A stretch of DNA of 64,000 nt from an uncultured Nitrososphaerota archaeon (GTDB taxonomy: Archaea; Thermoproteota; Nitrososphaeria; Nitrososphaerales; Nitrosopumilaceae), in assembly GCA_963824385.1 (NCBI GenBank), contig CAWGPD010000004.1, positions 416,001-480,000 of the forward strand, in the 5' to 3' direction. Below are positions 1 to 10,588 of this stretch, in pieces. Both the position numbers and the translations under genes were made by a program. Each line of letters opens with the position of its first letter. Positions within the stretch are counted from its first letter, which is position 1. The notes below the pieces were generated by a model that searched no databases, was not told the origin of the DNA, and saw only the letters and a program-made list of their open reading frames with translations.

Positions 1-242
1 ATTCCGCCAGATATTATAACTGATCCAATAAATCGTGAACCGTATCTTCGTCCCATCATAAAAGCAGAGCCAGTTAAAACTATCGCAGGTGCAATACCAA
101 TAGATATGAATTCTTTTACCTCAGATGAAGGATCAATATCTTCTGATGGATGAGTAAGATATATGGAAATTGATATCATCTGAGCTGCAAACATAATATA
201 CAAACCAAGACTTGCAACAGATATCCATCTCTCAATTGCCAT
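1..242 (-). CDS. Membrane protein, 3' end runs off window (MAIERWISVASLGLYIMFAAQMISISIYL...)
   Basis: Manual translation: ATG at 242, open to window edge, several hydrophobic segments. Confidence 0.7.
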   Translation of the reverse strand, partial: MAIERWISVASLGLYIMFAAQMISISIYLTHPSEDIDPSSEVKEFISIGIAPAIVLTGSAFMMGRRYGSRFIGSVIISGG

Positions 243-284
243 TACAACCCATCTCTTACTTGAATAAATAAACCAAATGATTGT

Positions 285-1301
285 CTAAACTATTCCGACA
301 AGACCTGCAAGTTCTTTTCTACATGCAGCACCAAGCTCCTCTGCAGCTTTTTCAGGAGGTACTTTGTTAAGAAATACTCCATATCCTCTTTCAAGTCCAG
401 ACCAAGGATCAGCTTGCGGATACACTTCGATATGCCAATGAATCTGTCTATTGTTTTTCTTTTCAGGAGAAAGATGAAAGACCATGTTATATGACAGAGT
501 TTTCATTGTATTTGCAAGTCCACCTAAAGTAGCGCGTAAAATAAGTGATAAATCATTTATCTCTTTTTGAGTTATTTTAGAAAAACTCGTAATGTGTTTT
601 TTTGGATAAATCCAAAATTCATATGGATGAGATGGAGCCCATGGGCAGAAAGCAACAAAACCTTCTGTCTGAAGTATTTGTCTAGGTCCTCCAGTTTCAG
701 TACCCACAGTCTGACACATTGGACATATTCCTTTTTCATTTAGGATTTTGTGCGCTGCCTCAGCCTCTTGTTCTATAACAGGAGGAATTGTGGAAAAAGT
801 TACAACATTTAGGTTGGCGTGGTTAGTAGAGCCACCAGCTTCTTTTCCGTGATTTACGTATATTGAAACATATGTAACACCGCGTTGGGTGTATAGCCAC
901 CTAAGCCTGTCTTGTATTACAACAAGTACATTAGACCATTGTTCAGTGGATATGCTTGCAAGGGAATCCTTGTGTTTTTCCGAGGCAACAACAACATAAT
1001 GATACCCGTAAGCAGGCTCGCTGTAAAGCGGTCTATCACTGTAAGAGTTTTCAGAAGTAGTTGTAACAACAGGATTTTTACTTTCAAATACTCTAACTGA
1101 CCAATTCTGTACATAGTTATCTTCAGTATCTTGAAGTCTTTGCAACATCCCATCTTTTGCAACCAGAGAAAGTGTTGATGGATTGGTCATGGATTCATTT
1201 CCAGGACAATAAGGACATTTCTTGGAATCATTAACAGAATTATTTTCAGGAGAAACTATAACAAATCTATCAATTGAATAATCCTTCCTTAAATCCCCCA
1301 T
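285..1301 (-). CDS. galT: Galactose-1-phosphate uridylyltransferase (GalT/HIT)-like protein
   Basis: CPYCPGNE, CPMC, FCPWAP..PYEFWIYP and HWHIEVYP motifs; the HxH motif reads HAN. Confidence 0.85.
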   Translation of the reverse strand: MGDLRKDYSIDRFVIVSPENNSVNDSKKCPYCPGNESMTNPSTLSLVAKDGMLQRLQDTEDNYVQNWSVRVFESKNPVVTTTSENSYSDRPLYSEPAYGYHYVVVASEKHKDSLASISTEQWSNVLVVIQDRLRWLYTQRGVTYVSIYVNHGKEAGGSTNHANLNVVTFSTIPPVIEQEAEAAHKILNEKGICPMCQTVGTETGGPRQILQTEGFVAFCPWAPSHPYEFWIYPKKHITSFSKITQKEINDLSLILRATLGGLANTMKTLSYNMVFHLSPEKKNNRQIHWHIEVYPQADPWSGLERGYGVFLNKVPPEKAAEELGAACRKELAGLVGIV

Positions 1302-1452
1302 ACTGCTAGATTTTAAACTAGCAATTTAAAACCTTTGCAAAGATCGGAAATTACCGCCAATACAGTACAATTTTGATTCCAACAGTCCAAAACAATCATT
1401 TTATTAAAAAAATTAAACTTAAATTGGAAGATCGAGATCTCTAAATTATTAC

Positions 1453-2007
1453 ATGTCAACAACATCATTAAGACGAGATCATGATTTAATAGAAAAAGTA
1501 CTAAAGTCAATGTGGTCTACTATTCCTCTACTACAATCTGGTAAGACCATACCAGAACCAATTCTAAACCAAGTGATTGATTTTTCAACAAATTTTACCG
1601 ATGTGTGCCATCATGGAAAAGAAGAAAACTCTCTGTTTCCAGAACTTGAGAAAAAGGGAATGCCAAAAAATACAGGCCCAATCACTGTTATGCTCATGGA
1701 ACATGAGGTCACCCGCAAGATAGGAGCAAGAATGGAAGTATCTGCAAAAACATACCTAAAAAGTAGTGATGCGACCCAATTAATTACAGACATGCAAGAA
1801 TACATCAATCATGTGGTACAGCACGTATGGAAGGAAAACAATAGGTTGTTTGAGATGGCCGAGATGGCTCTAAGAAATGAAGCAGAACAGGTCAATAATA
1901 GTCTGCTAGAGGTAGAGCATGCAAAACTCAAGGAGATAGGAAAGACAAGAGAGCATTATGAGAAATTTGCAGATGAATTTGCAAAGCAATTTCCGTCAAA
2001 CGACTAG
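1453..2007 (+). CDS. Hemerythrin/HHE cation-binding domain protein
   Basis: HHGKEENSLFP, EH and HVWKENNRLF motifs. Confidence 0.85.
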   Translation: MSTTSLRRDHDLIEKVLKSMWSTIPLLQSGKTIPEPILNQVIDFSTNFTDVCHHGKEENSLFPELEKKGMPKNTGPITVMLMEHEVTRKIGARMEVSAKTYLKSSDATQLITDMQEYINHVVQHVWKENNRLFEMAEMALRNEAEQVNNSLLEVEHAKLKEIGKTREHYEKFADEFAKQFPSND

Positions 2008-2108
2008 GTCTAGATTTACTACCAAAGGACTTTTCTAGTACACATTTGTGAGAAAAATATGAAGAAAATAAAACAATATTTTCGCATACAGGTATGGAGT
2101 GTTAAACC

Positions 2109-2543
2109 TTGACTGCAAAGACAGGAGACAAGGTCAAGATAGAATATACAGGAACTCTTGATGACGGAACAGTCTTTGATAGTAATGTTGATGAGGGAAA
2201 CCTATTAGAATTTGAAATCGGCGGAGGCCAGGTAATAAAGGGATTTGATGATGCAATACTTGGAATGAAGGAAGGAGAAGAAAAGCAATTTAGTATTTCT
2301 CCAGCAGAGGCATATGGTGAACACGATCTGACCCTAATTCAAAAGGTACCAAAAGAGATTTTCCCACCTGATGCAGAACTTGTTCCAGGACTATTGTTTG
2401 AAGCAGGACTGCCCACTGGAGAAAAGGTACCTGCAGTGATAACTGCAATAGAAGAAAATATAGTTTCAGTTGATTTGAATCATCCTCTTGCAGGAAAGAG
2501 ATTAAATTTTAAGATAAAATTATCTGCAGTCACATCATCTTAA
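2109..2543 (+). CDS. slyD: FKBP-type peptidyl-prolyl isomerase (SlyD-like)
   Basis: YTGTLDDGTVFDS, PAEAYG, DLNHPLAGKRLNF. Confidence 0.92.
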   Translation: MTAKTGDKVKIEYTGTLDDGTVFDSNVDEGNLLEFEIGGGQVIKGFDDAILGMKEGEEKQFSISPAEAYGEHDLTLIQKVPKEIFPPDAELVPGLLFEAGLPTGEKVPAVITAIEENIVSVDLNHPLAGKRLNFKIKLSAVTSS

Positions 2544-2702
2544 TTTTCTTTCAGTTTAGATATCAAAAATTGGTTCTCATTATTGTAGAAAATCAATATT
2601 GAAAATATAACCAAGCAGAAATTTGTTTTAGAATTTAGATCGCTTAAAAAATCAAGGTTTATGTGTGATATGAAAAAACGGAAGCTTGGGAGATTTAGAA
2701 AA

Positions 2703-3983
2703 ATGGATAACTCCGATGTTCACATGATTTACGTTCTTCTTGATGGAATTGGCGACTTGCCTCATCCAGATTTGAAGGGTTCAACTCCGTTAAGTTATGC
2801 AAAAACTCCCAATCTTGATAGACTTGCAAGAAATGGTGCCATAGGAGAAGTTATTTCAGTAGGCAGGGGAATAGCCCCTCAATCAGATATTGCAGTGTTC
2901 AATATGCTTGGGTATAGATTTGAAAATACGCAATATGTTGGAAGAGGAGTAATTGAGGCAATTGGGGTAGGCATTGATTTTAAAAATGGTGATCTTGCAC
3001 TGCGAGGAAACTTTGCTACAGTAAATGATGAGAGAATTATAACAGATTGTAGAGCTGGAAGAAACATAGAGAAAGAAGACGCTATTGCAATTTCTCGGGA
3101 GCTAGAACAAAAAATCAAGTTTTCAAATCCAAAAGCATCAGTTGTCGTAGCCCCAACAATTGGACATAGGTTAATTGTTAGAATAAGATGTGATGGGATA
3201 TTTCTTACACCAGATATTAGCAATACTAATCCAGCTTATGCAAGAATAGACGGCATGGGAGTTGCCAAGGCAGTTGGGGATTACATGGAGGTAGAAAAGT
3301 CATTGCCCTTAAACGAGTCTGATGGTGCCAAACTTTCAGCATTACTTGTAAATGAATTTACAGACAAATCGCTTCAGATTATGAAAGATAGTACTGTAAA
3401 TAAAAATAGAAAAGAACAGGGCAAGAAGATGGTAAATTCAATTCTATTACGTGATGCTGGAAACAAGTTTCCAGATGTTACTCCAATAAACAAGTTGCAT
3501 GAGATGCAGTTTTCATGCATAGTAGACATGCCAGTAGAGATAGGCATTGCAAATGTTTTGAAGATGAAATCATTTAGTGCAGGTGGTCTTACTGATTATG
3601 AAGAAAAGGCACGTGTTGCAGCCAAAGCAATGCAGACAGAAAATGCAATTTATGTTCATATCAAGGGACCAGATGAATTTGGTCATGACGGAGATGCAGT
3701 GGGCAAGATGCAAAACGTAGAAGAAATAGACAAAAGATTCTTTGGGACTTTGCTTGATAATATAGACACATCAAAAGTTGCAGTTGTCATATCAGGAGAT
3801 CATTCTACACCATGCATAAACAAAAGCCATAGTGACGATCCAGTCCCTGTTTTGATTTCAGGAGATTTTATCAAAAAAGATGGAACTACAAGATTTACAG
3901 AAGAGCAGGCAAAGAAAGGCAGAATTGGACTCATCATGGGAGCAGATGTCATCAATACTGCAATAAAGGCCATTAAATCATAA
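2703..3983 (+). CDS. apgM: 2,3-bisphosphoglycerate-independent phosphoglycerate mutase, archaeal type
   Basis: DGIGD, PQSD, YVGRG, DEFGH and GDHSTP motifs; start placed at MDNSD. Confidence 0.9.
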   Translation: MDNSDVHMIYVLLDGIGDLPHPDLKGSTPLSYAKTPNLDRLARNGAIGEVISVGRGIAPQSDIAVFNMLGYRFENTQYVGRGVIEAIGVGIDFKNGDLALRGNFATVNDERIITDCRAGRNIEKEDAIAISRELEQKIKFSNPKASVVVAPTIGHRLIVRIRCDGIFLTPDISNTNPAYARIDGMGVAKAVGDYMEVEKSLPLNESDGAKLSALLVNEFTDKSLQIMKDSTVNKNRKEQGKKMVNSILLRDAGNKFPDVTPINKLHEMQFSCIVDMPVEIGIANVLKMKSFSAGGLTDYEEKARVAAKAMQTENAIYVHIKGPDEFGHDGDAVGKMQNVEEIDKRFFGTLLDNIDTSKVAVVISGDHSTPCINKSHSDDPVPVLISGDFIKKDGTTRFTEEQAKKGRIGLIMGADVINTAIKAIKS

Positions 3984-4533
3984 ACGGTTCTATGTTTTTA
4001 GAAGAGATCATTTTCTCAATAGTTTTTCTAAACTTGTCCATGTCAATGTCATAATATATGCCAAAAGCGCTAGAGAGTTTTTCCATAGCCCTCTTCATTA
4101 TTGAAAGACATATGTCATTTTCATTTTTTTGATAATGAACTAGTGCCGCTGCAACAAGAATAATTCCTTGAACAAGATCTTTTTCTCCTTCATGTGTCTT
4201 TTTCCAAACACCCTCAAGGACTTCATGACACTCCCAATATTTTTCATCGTTAAAGTATTGTTTTGCTCTTTTTAGTGCCTCTTCTTTTTCAATTTTCTCT
4301 TCGACAACATGTCTTGCATCATCAAGAGGTCCAATGGACTGGAATTTTTTTACAACTTGATCCAGTTCTTCTTTTTTAACAGACACATCAAATTCTAAAT
4401 ATTTAGTTGAGACTCTCATGTCTCGTACAATTACATCCATTTCAGAAGTTAATTGATCAGCTTTTGCAAGTAGTGCTTTTGCATCAGTTGGAACATAACC
4501 TGAGTTTTTCAGGTGTACCATAAATCTATCCAC
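3973..4533 (-). CDS. DUF309 domain protein
   Basis: FNDEKYWECHEVLEGVW...QGII..AA.VH signature. Confidence 0.8.
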   Translation of the reverse strand: MDRFMVHLKNSGYVPTDAKALLAKADQLTSEMDVIVRDMRVSTKYLEFDVSVKKEELDQVVKKFQSIGPLDDARHVVEEKIEKEEALKRAKQYFNDEKYWECHEVLEGVWKKTHEGEKDLVQGIILVAAALVHYQKNENDICLSIMKRAMEKLSSAFGIYYDIDMDKFRKTIEKMISSKNIEPFMI

Positions 4534-4616
4534 AGGCTTTAGATATCATGATTTCATAAATTTGTTGTCTAGCAGCCGTTAAGATTTATATGAACTATTA
4601 AAAGGACTTGGATTAC

Positions 4617-4973
4617 ATGTCCATGATCGAAGTTACACGTGATGTAAAGAATCCCTTACTGTCAAGAAGAGAGATTACTTGTAACTTCAAAGGGCTTTCT
4701 GGCAGACTAAAGAAACTAGAAGCAGTTGACATGATCTCAAAAAAATTCAATCTAGAAGGAAAAATTGTAATACCAATAATTTTGAAAAATGAAACTGGAA
4801 GACCAGTAGTATCAGGAAGTTTCTATGTATATGAAGATGAAAAACTTGCTAAAGAACATCTCAAGGCTGCAATTTTTGCAAGAATAGAAAAGGCAAAAGG
4901 TGCAGTTGCAAAACCAGAGGGTACTGAAGCATCAGCAGAGAAGACAGAAGCACCAAAGGAAGAGAGTAAGTAA
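4617..4973 (+). CDS. rps24e: 30S ribosomal protein S24e
   Basis: NPLLSRREI motif; directly upstream of S27ae. Confidence 0.85.
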   Translation: MSMIEVTRDVKNPLLSRREITCNFKGLSGRLKKLEAVDMISKKFNLEGKIVIPIILKNETGRPVVSGSFYVYEDEKLAKEHLKAAIFARIEKAKGAVAKPEGTEASAEKTEAPKEESK

Positions 4974-5146
4974 TGGCAAGCAAAAAAGGCTCTAGCCCAC
5001 AAGTTTACAAGTATTACAAGGTGTCCGGAGATAAAACAGAGAGAAAAAGGAAGGAATGTTCAAGATGCGGTAAGGGCGTATTCATGTCCAACCATAAAAA
5101 TAGACACAGTTGTGGCAAGTGTGGATTTACCGAATTCATTCAATAA
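4973..5146 (+). CDS. rps27ae: 30S ribosomal protein S27ae (57 aa, below ORF-track cutoff)
   Basis: MASKKGSSPQVYKYYKV...CSRCGKGVFMSNHKNRHSCGKCGFTEF; start overlaps the S24e stop (TAATG). Confidence 0.95.
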   Translation: MASKKGSSPQVYKYYKVSGDKTERKRKECSRCGKGVFMSNHKNRHSCGKCGFTEFIQ

Positions 5147-5856
5147 TTAATATAGCTTCTTTTTTCTAAGTCTAGAAACTTTTTGAGTCTATTTGATCTA
5201 ATTTCTGTAAAAGATTTGGTTCAAGTCACAGTATTTGCAATCACTGTTACTGGAATCTTGGCAATGTTTGTATCCATTGTAATGTTTATGATAGGAAGTT
5301 TCTTTTCTATCCACAATTTTAGAACTTTATCCTCAAGTTTATAGTCCCTAAATCCTTCTGGAAACTTTTTGGTTATGTGTGATAGAAGTGTTTTATCATC
5401 AAATACAGCCCTTGGGTCAAAAAGTCTGGTGGAATCAGAGTAACTACTCTCAAAAAGATTTCCGCTTAGTTCATCAGATATAATATCCATCTTTGATATT
5501 CTTCGAATCAGTTCTAAATAGTGGAGAAATTCATGTGCCAAGATAGCATGAATTGTACCTTTGAGGCCATATGCTACAAGTGGGGCAGTAATCTGTATTA
5601 TGATATTTAATTTATCACCAGAGACAATTGGAATTGTTCTTGCAAACAATATACCATAATCAAAAGAGCCAGATGATGGGTGAGATACTACTACTGACGG
5701 TTCTACATATGCAAGTGGAAAATTAATTCCGGATGCCTTTTCTATCCTTTGTATGCCGGACAAAGTCACCTCAAACCTCTTAATTATTAACGAGTGAATT
5801 TTCTCAGGAATTAGCCCATTTTTGTAAGCTTCGTGTACTCTAAGTAAAGGATCCAA
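5147..5856 (-). CDS. Conserved hypothetical protein with HExxH motif; two +1 frameshifts near the 3' end
   Basis: ILAHEFLH; removing two bases near 5227 and 5178 extends the ORF to ...SRLRKKKLY*. Confidence 0.65.
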
Positions 5857-5962
5857 TCGAACAAGAGTGAATTAGACTATAATAAAAGCTTGACATAAAA
5901 TGACAAATTTCATTTAACCAGGGTAAATTAGGAAACTGTCCTTGTTTTATCACATTACAAAT

Positions 5963-7111
5963 TCAATTGCTAAGCACTATTTTATGAAAATCAAATGTAG
6001 TACATTTGCATGAATTTTCAAGCAGCATGCTAATGTTTGGTTCTACATTATTACCAGTCACAAGTCTCTTGAGTGGAATTCCCCCATCCAATTCTACAAG
6101 AATATTAAATGTTCTAGGATCTATTTTTTTGATCTTTACATTGTAGATTCTTTTTTGATTATTCCTAGATGTGTTTTCACTTATTGAAATAGGCATATCT
6201 TTTAGGCCTTCTAAAACGTTCAATGCTTCAGGGACCAGATCTTTTTCAGTGGATATTTCCAATAAAACATTTGTTTTGAATTTGATTTGATCAGTTGGTA
6301 CCTTTGAAACTATTCTTAGATGTAAAATAGAGACACCATCAAGTACAATATTTTTTGGCAAGATGATTTTTCTTTTATGGGGATTTATCAATTTAACAAA
6401 GAAAGGTCTTCCATTACCAAGAACAAGACTAGACTCATCCTCACCGCCAATCCAGGTCATTTTGGCTTGTTGGGCACCAAATTTTTCGAACAAAAACTTG
6501 GCAATCTTACCTTCTACACTATTAAATTCAGATATTCCGTGAAAGTCGCATACAAAACATCCTTTTCCGTCACATCTATTGCAAGATTTTTGTTTTTGTG
6601 GAATTCCACGCATATCTTTTGTATATCGCCCTTGCAGTATCAATGCTTTTGGCTTTACTTCGCATTGGTCTTTTTTGAAATCAATTGTAAAGACAATATC
6701 CGGATTTTGATAATCAACTTTAGTTCTAGTTTTTTTTCCAAATTGTTTTCCCATCTCTCTTGTAATGTCACTTTTGATTCCAGCAATTCCACGTAGCTTA
6801 AACTTTGAACGGACGATATCATCCCTATCCAAAATTGAAGGTTTAAGAATCGCCCCTATAAGAAATGTTGAAAATTCATATTTCTTTGAAATATCAAGTA
6901 TCTTGCTTAAGAAAACATCAAGTTCTGGCATTAGATTTTTGCATAAATAGCATGATTTTGGATTATTTTGCTTTATAATTTTCCTAATTTTTGTACCGAG
7001 ATTTTTGTGAGAAACTAATCCTAGTCTACTTGCAAACATTCTTCCAAGACAGTAATCACATAAATGATATTCCCGTAGGATTTGCTTGGTTTCCTCAATC
7101 ACTGTATCCAT
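5963..7111 (-). CDS. pus10: tRNA pseudouridine(54/55) synthase Pus10-like
   Basis: CxxCLGR, CYLC, THUMP-like region, GRYTK..RGIPQ, SVE, GGED, GNGRPFFV. Confidence 0.85.
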   Translation of the reverse strand: MDTVIEETKQILREYHLCDYCLGRMFASRLGLVSHKNLGTKIRKIIKQNNPKSCYLCKNLMPELDVFLSKILDISKKYEFSTFLIGAILKPSILDRDDIVRSKFKLRGIAGIKSDITREMGKQFGKKTRTKVDYQNPDIVFTIDFKKDQCEVKPKALILQGRYTKDMRGIPQKQKSCNRCDGKGCFVCDFHGISEFNSVEGKIAKFLFEKFGAQQAKMTWIGGEDESSLVLGNGRPFFVKLINPHKRKIILPKNIVLDGVSILHLRIVSKVPTDQIKFKTNVLLEISTEKDLVPEALNVLEGLKDMPISISENTSRNNQKRIYNVKIKKIDPRTFNILVELDGGIPLKRLVTGNNVEPNISMLLENSCKCTTFDFHKIVLSN

Positions 7112-7267
7112 CTTAGTTTTTTTCAACAACATACAAAGCAAATGAGAGGTGTTTTAATCGTAATTAAACAGTCAAAAACATTATTGGATAAACTAATCCA
7201 TAGTACTGACAAGCGTATGTTAAGTTGGCATATGTGAACAACTGTTAAATAAAGTGAAGTCCCACCA

Positions 7268-7529
7268 TTGAATATGGTTTCAAGAGAACTCGTAATCATT
7301 CTGGCAGCCTGTTTTGGTGGCGCATGCGTCATAATGGTTGCAATGTCAACAGCAGGCGGTGGGGCACCCCCAGGAACTTACAGCGGAAACAGCAATGGTG
7401 CACATATGGTTTCTAATCCACAAAACTGTGATTCATTTCAGACAGGCTGTGCGATTAATAGCACATATGCGAACAGCAAGACTTGTCAGCGGTGCATATC
7501 TAAGTGGTAACTACAAGAACCTTAGTTAA
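7268..7529 (+). CDS. Small membrane-anchored hypothetical protein; probable +1 frameshift near 7480
   Basis: Hydrophobic N-terminus; AAGACTT to AAGCTT joins ORF 7268 to the frame ending at 7529. Confidence 0.5.
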
Positions 7530-7648
7530 ATCACATAATTTTTTTTTCCTTTATTAAAATAATTCCCGAAAATCGGGAATGAATAATCATTTTTTTCTCA
7601 GTGATACCTGAGAATCTTAGGAACCGTAGATAGTCACAATTATATAAT

Positions 7649-8324
7649 TTACCACGGATATAGACGTCTACAGGATTCTTTTTCTGAAACACTAATGGCT
7701 TTGGTAGGACATGTTTGTGCAGCATCAAGTATTTTTTCTGACTTTGCGCCTTGTTCATTAATTACTGTAGATTTGGGATTTACTCTAACATTCTTTTCTA
7801 CCCTAAATACAGAAGGAGCAATTGTCTCGCAGCTACAGCATGCTATGCACCTACCAGGATCAACTTTTACAGATACGGAGACCTCTTGTTCTACATGTAT
7901 TGGTTCAGTTTCAGATCTTGTCTCGGTTCTTACTTTTTCATAATAATCCCAAAAAGTCTTTTCATAATGTGACCAAAAATTTTGATATTCATCTTCAGCA
8001 TATCTTGTATGTCTAGTCCAGTCTTCTTCTGGGTTTCTATCCGATTTTCTTGCACCCCATGAATAAGTCGAGTTAGAATTAGATTTTTTCTTGGAATCTT
8101 TATCATGATATTTTTCAGAAGACTTTGTTCCTATCTTGTTTTTGTATTCCGTACGAAGTGTTTGATATGCTTCAACTACCAGTCTTGAATTTGGTGCTTT
8201 CCTGATCCAGCGTATTTTTATCTGGATGAAATTTTAAAGCTAGTTTTCTATATGCCGATTTTACTTCCTTAATGGAGGCTCCTTCTTGGATACCCAGAGT
8301 CTGATAACACTGATAGGTGTTCAA
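7649..8324 (-). CDS. DnaJ-ferredoxin fusion (J domain plus Fe-S ferredoxin); one +1 frameshift at ~8183
   Basis: Manual translation: [38 protein letters not shown]...[16 protein letters not shown]...[10 protein letters not shown]...RLYPW*. Confidence 0.9.
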
Positions 8325-8383
8325 CAAGATGTTTAGATAATATCACATATGATATTTAGATACATCTTTATTTGAAAAATATT

Positions 8384-9712
8384 CTAACCCAAGCCCATCT
8401 TTCGTAGCATTCCCTGCATCTGTCTTCCTTTAGAAGCCTTCATCATGGTCTTTGAATTTTTGTATGCTTTGAGAAGTTCTTTTACCTCATGCTCTGGCCA
8501 CCCAGAACCTCGTGCAATTCTTTTCACTCTAGAAGCATTTATCAAATCAGGATCTGATTTTTCACCCTTTGTCATAGATTGGATAATAAAACGCCACTTT
8601 TCCATTCGTTGTTCTTGTTGCTCCACCTGATTCTTCTTTTACCATACCAGAAAAACCAGGCATGTTTTCTAGGATGTTACGCAATCCCCCTGCCTTTGTT
8701 GCCTCTTCAATTTGAAAGTAGAAATCTTCCATGTTCATTTTTCCATGTGAGATTCTCTTTAGTCTGTCCTCATTGCCCTCAGTCTCAAGTCTTTTTGCCA
8801 TGTCAAGCAATGCTTGAATGTCACCCATTCCAAGCATTCTTCCAACAAATCTTGTTGGCGAGAATTTTTCAAGAATCATCTATTCGTTCACCTGTTCCAA
8901 TGTACATTATTTGTGCACCCGTTGCAGCTGCTGCCGCAAGTGCACCACCGCCCTTTGCACTACTATCTAATTTTGTGACTATAATTCCTCCCACTGGAAC
9001 TGTTTTATGAAATGCTTCAGCTTGATTGTAACATTGTTGTCCAATAGTTCCATCAATTATCAATAATGCAAGGTCTGGGTTTGCAATTTTACCAATTCTT
9101 GTCATTTCATCAAGAAGATTCTTTTTCTTCCTTGTGTCTTCCAGCTGTATCGATTAGAATAATATCAAAATTTTGTCCCTCAAAATGCTTTAGACCATTT
9201 TTTACAAGTTCTGGAGAATCTTTGTTTCCTTCATCACCATACACTTCCACGTTTGCCTTTTCACACATTGTCTTAAGTTGGGTAAGTGCTCCAGGTCTGT
9301 AAGTATCTGCACCGATTACTGCAACTCTGTAACCTTGTCTTGTCAAGAGCTTGGCAAGTTTTGAAGTTACAGTAGTTTTTCCACTTCCCTGAATTCCAAG
9401 CATCAAAACCTTGTTTACTTTACCGGGTTGAAATACGAATTGTTCTTCTGTGCCTAATAATTTAGCAAGTTCTTCATATAGAATTTTCACAATGTGATCT
9501 TTTCTAGAAAGTCCAGGAGGAGGAGTCTCTTTGATAGATCTCTCCTCCAAGTTTTTAGTAATTTGAAAAACTAGTTTTACATTTACATCAGATTGTAGTA
9601 ATGCCCTTTGGATATCTTTTGAAAGTTCCTTGATTAGAGCCTCATCAATTCCCGAAGAATTTACTATTTTCTTTAACGCTGCTCTAAGACCTGTTTTTAG
9701 ACCGTCTAACAT
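8384..9712 (-). CDS. srp54: Signal recognition particle protein SRP54; three +1 frameshifts
   Basis: [46 protein letters not shown] spread over four ORF pieces. Confidence 0.95.
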
Positions 9713-9714
9713 TG

Positions 9715-10396
9715 CTATGCTAAGACAGTCTTCGGTTATTTCAAATCTTCCTCTATAACCATCCCAGATCTTGTTTGCTTTAATTATTCTAATAGGAGAG
9801 TAAAACAATGGACAGTCTACAACAAATGTCTCAGCCTCTCCCCCTTCAAATGTTAAATTAAAACCATGTTTGGCAGACAATAAGACAAGTTGTCCTACAT
9901 CGTCTCTAGTTATTTCGCGCCCCAACCATGTTTCATCAAGTCCTGCTGAAGTTACGCTTGTTATAATAAACTTGAATTTAGAATCCAACAGTTCGTTTAA
10001 ATAATTTTTTTGATCAATATGCCAGAGCGGGGATAGTACTTTAAGATTCAGATTATTTCCAATTGTTTCAAACCGAATTCTTTGGTAATCACTAAACAAT
10101 CCCCCATGAACTATTCCATCTATTCCAAAATCCTTCTTTGCTTTTCCCAATAGGTTTTGTAATTCTTCAAGTTCGATTTTAGGATCAGTTGTATTTACTC
10201 TGCTTAGAATTTTAGGTATTTTCATTGCAGTAGATTGTAACGATGTGACTGAAATGTTTGGATAGTGTAAAAGATGGCTTTCTTCAGATTGTGGAAATAT
10301 TGAAGCAAGACATTCTATGCTATGACCCTCTTGCTTGGCTTTGTATATTGCATATGTACTATCCTTTCCACCTGAAAAAAGAGACGCTAATTTCAA
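9715..10396 (-). CDS. dph6: Diphthine--ammonia ligase (PP-loop); apparent fusion to SRP54 caused by a +1 base
   Basis: SGGKDS PP-loop, PLWH, EGGEAETFV; removing one base at ~9729 gives EAVLA* just before the SRP54 ATG. Confidence 0.88.
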
Positions 10397-10421
10397 TTTA
10401 CTATCATACCTTTCAGGTCAA

Positions 10422-10535
10422 TTAATTTTTTTCCAGTACACGTACTTGCTTCAGACAGTTAGTACATAGTGAAAGATGGTCCTTTAGCGTAGTTTCAACG
10501 TTGGATGCCAGACAAACATGACAGAGTCCTTTCAC
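10422..10535 (-). CDS. 37-aa CxxC-CxxC zinc-finger mini-protein
   Basis: GTG start; (M)KGLCHVCLASNVETTLKDHLSLCTNCLKQVRVLEKN*. Confidence 0.55.
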   Translation of the reverse strand: MKGLCHVCLASNVETTLKDHLSLCTNCLKQVRVLEKN

Positions 10536-10588
10536 ATTGTACCCATACAAGTTGTACTGTATAACTAGTTCTAATATTTGAAAAGCCT

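Noticed and set aside
6377..6796. Long antisense ORFs here and at 22367-22831, 39295-39855, 49794-50210 and similar
   Set aside because: They fully overlap well-supported genes on the opposite strand and show no motifs
9110..10396. Apparent 428-aa Dph6-SRP54 fusion protein
   Set aside because: Deleting one base at AGTCT 9727-9731 restores a Dph6 stop 2 nt before the SRP54 ATG; it fits the AGCT error pattern
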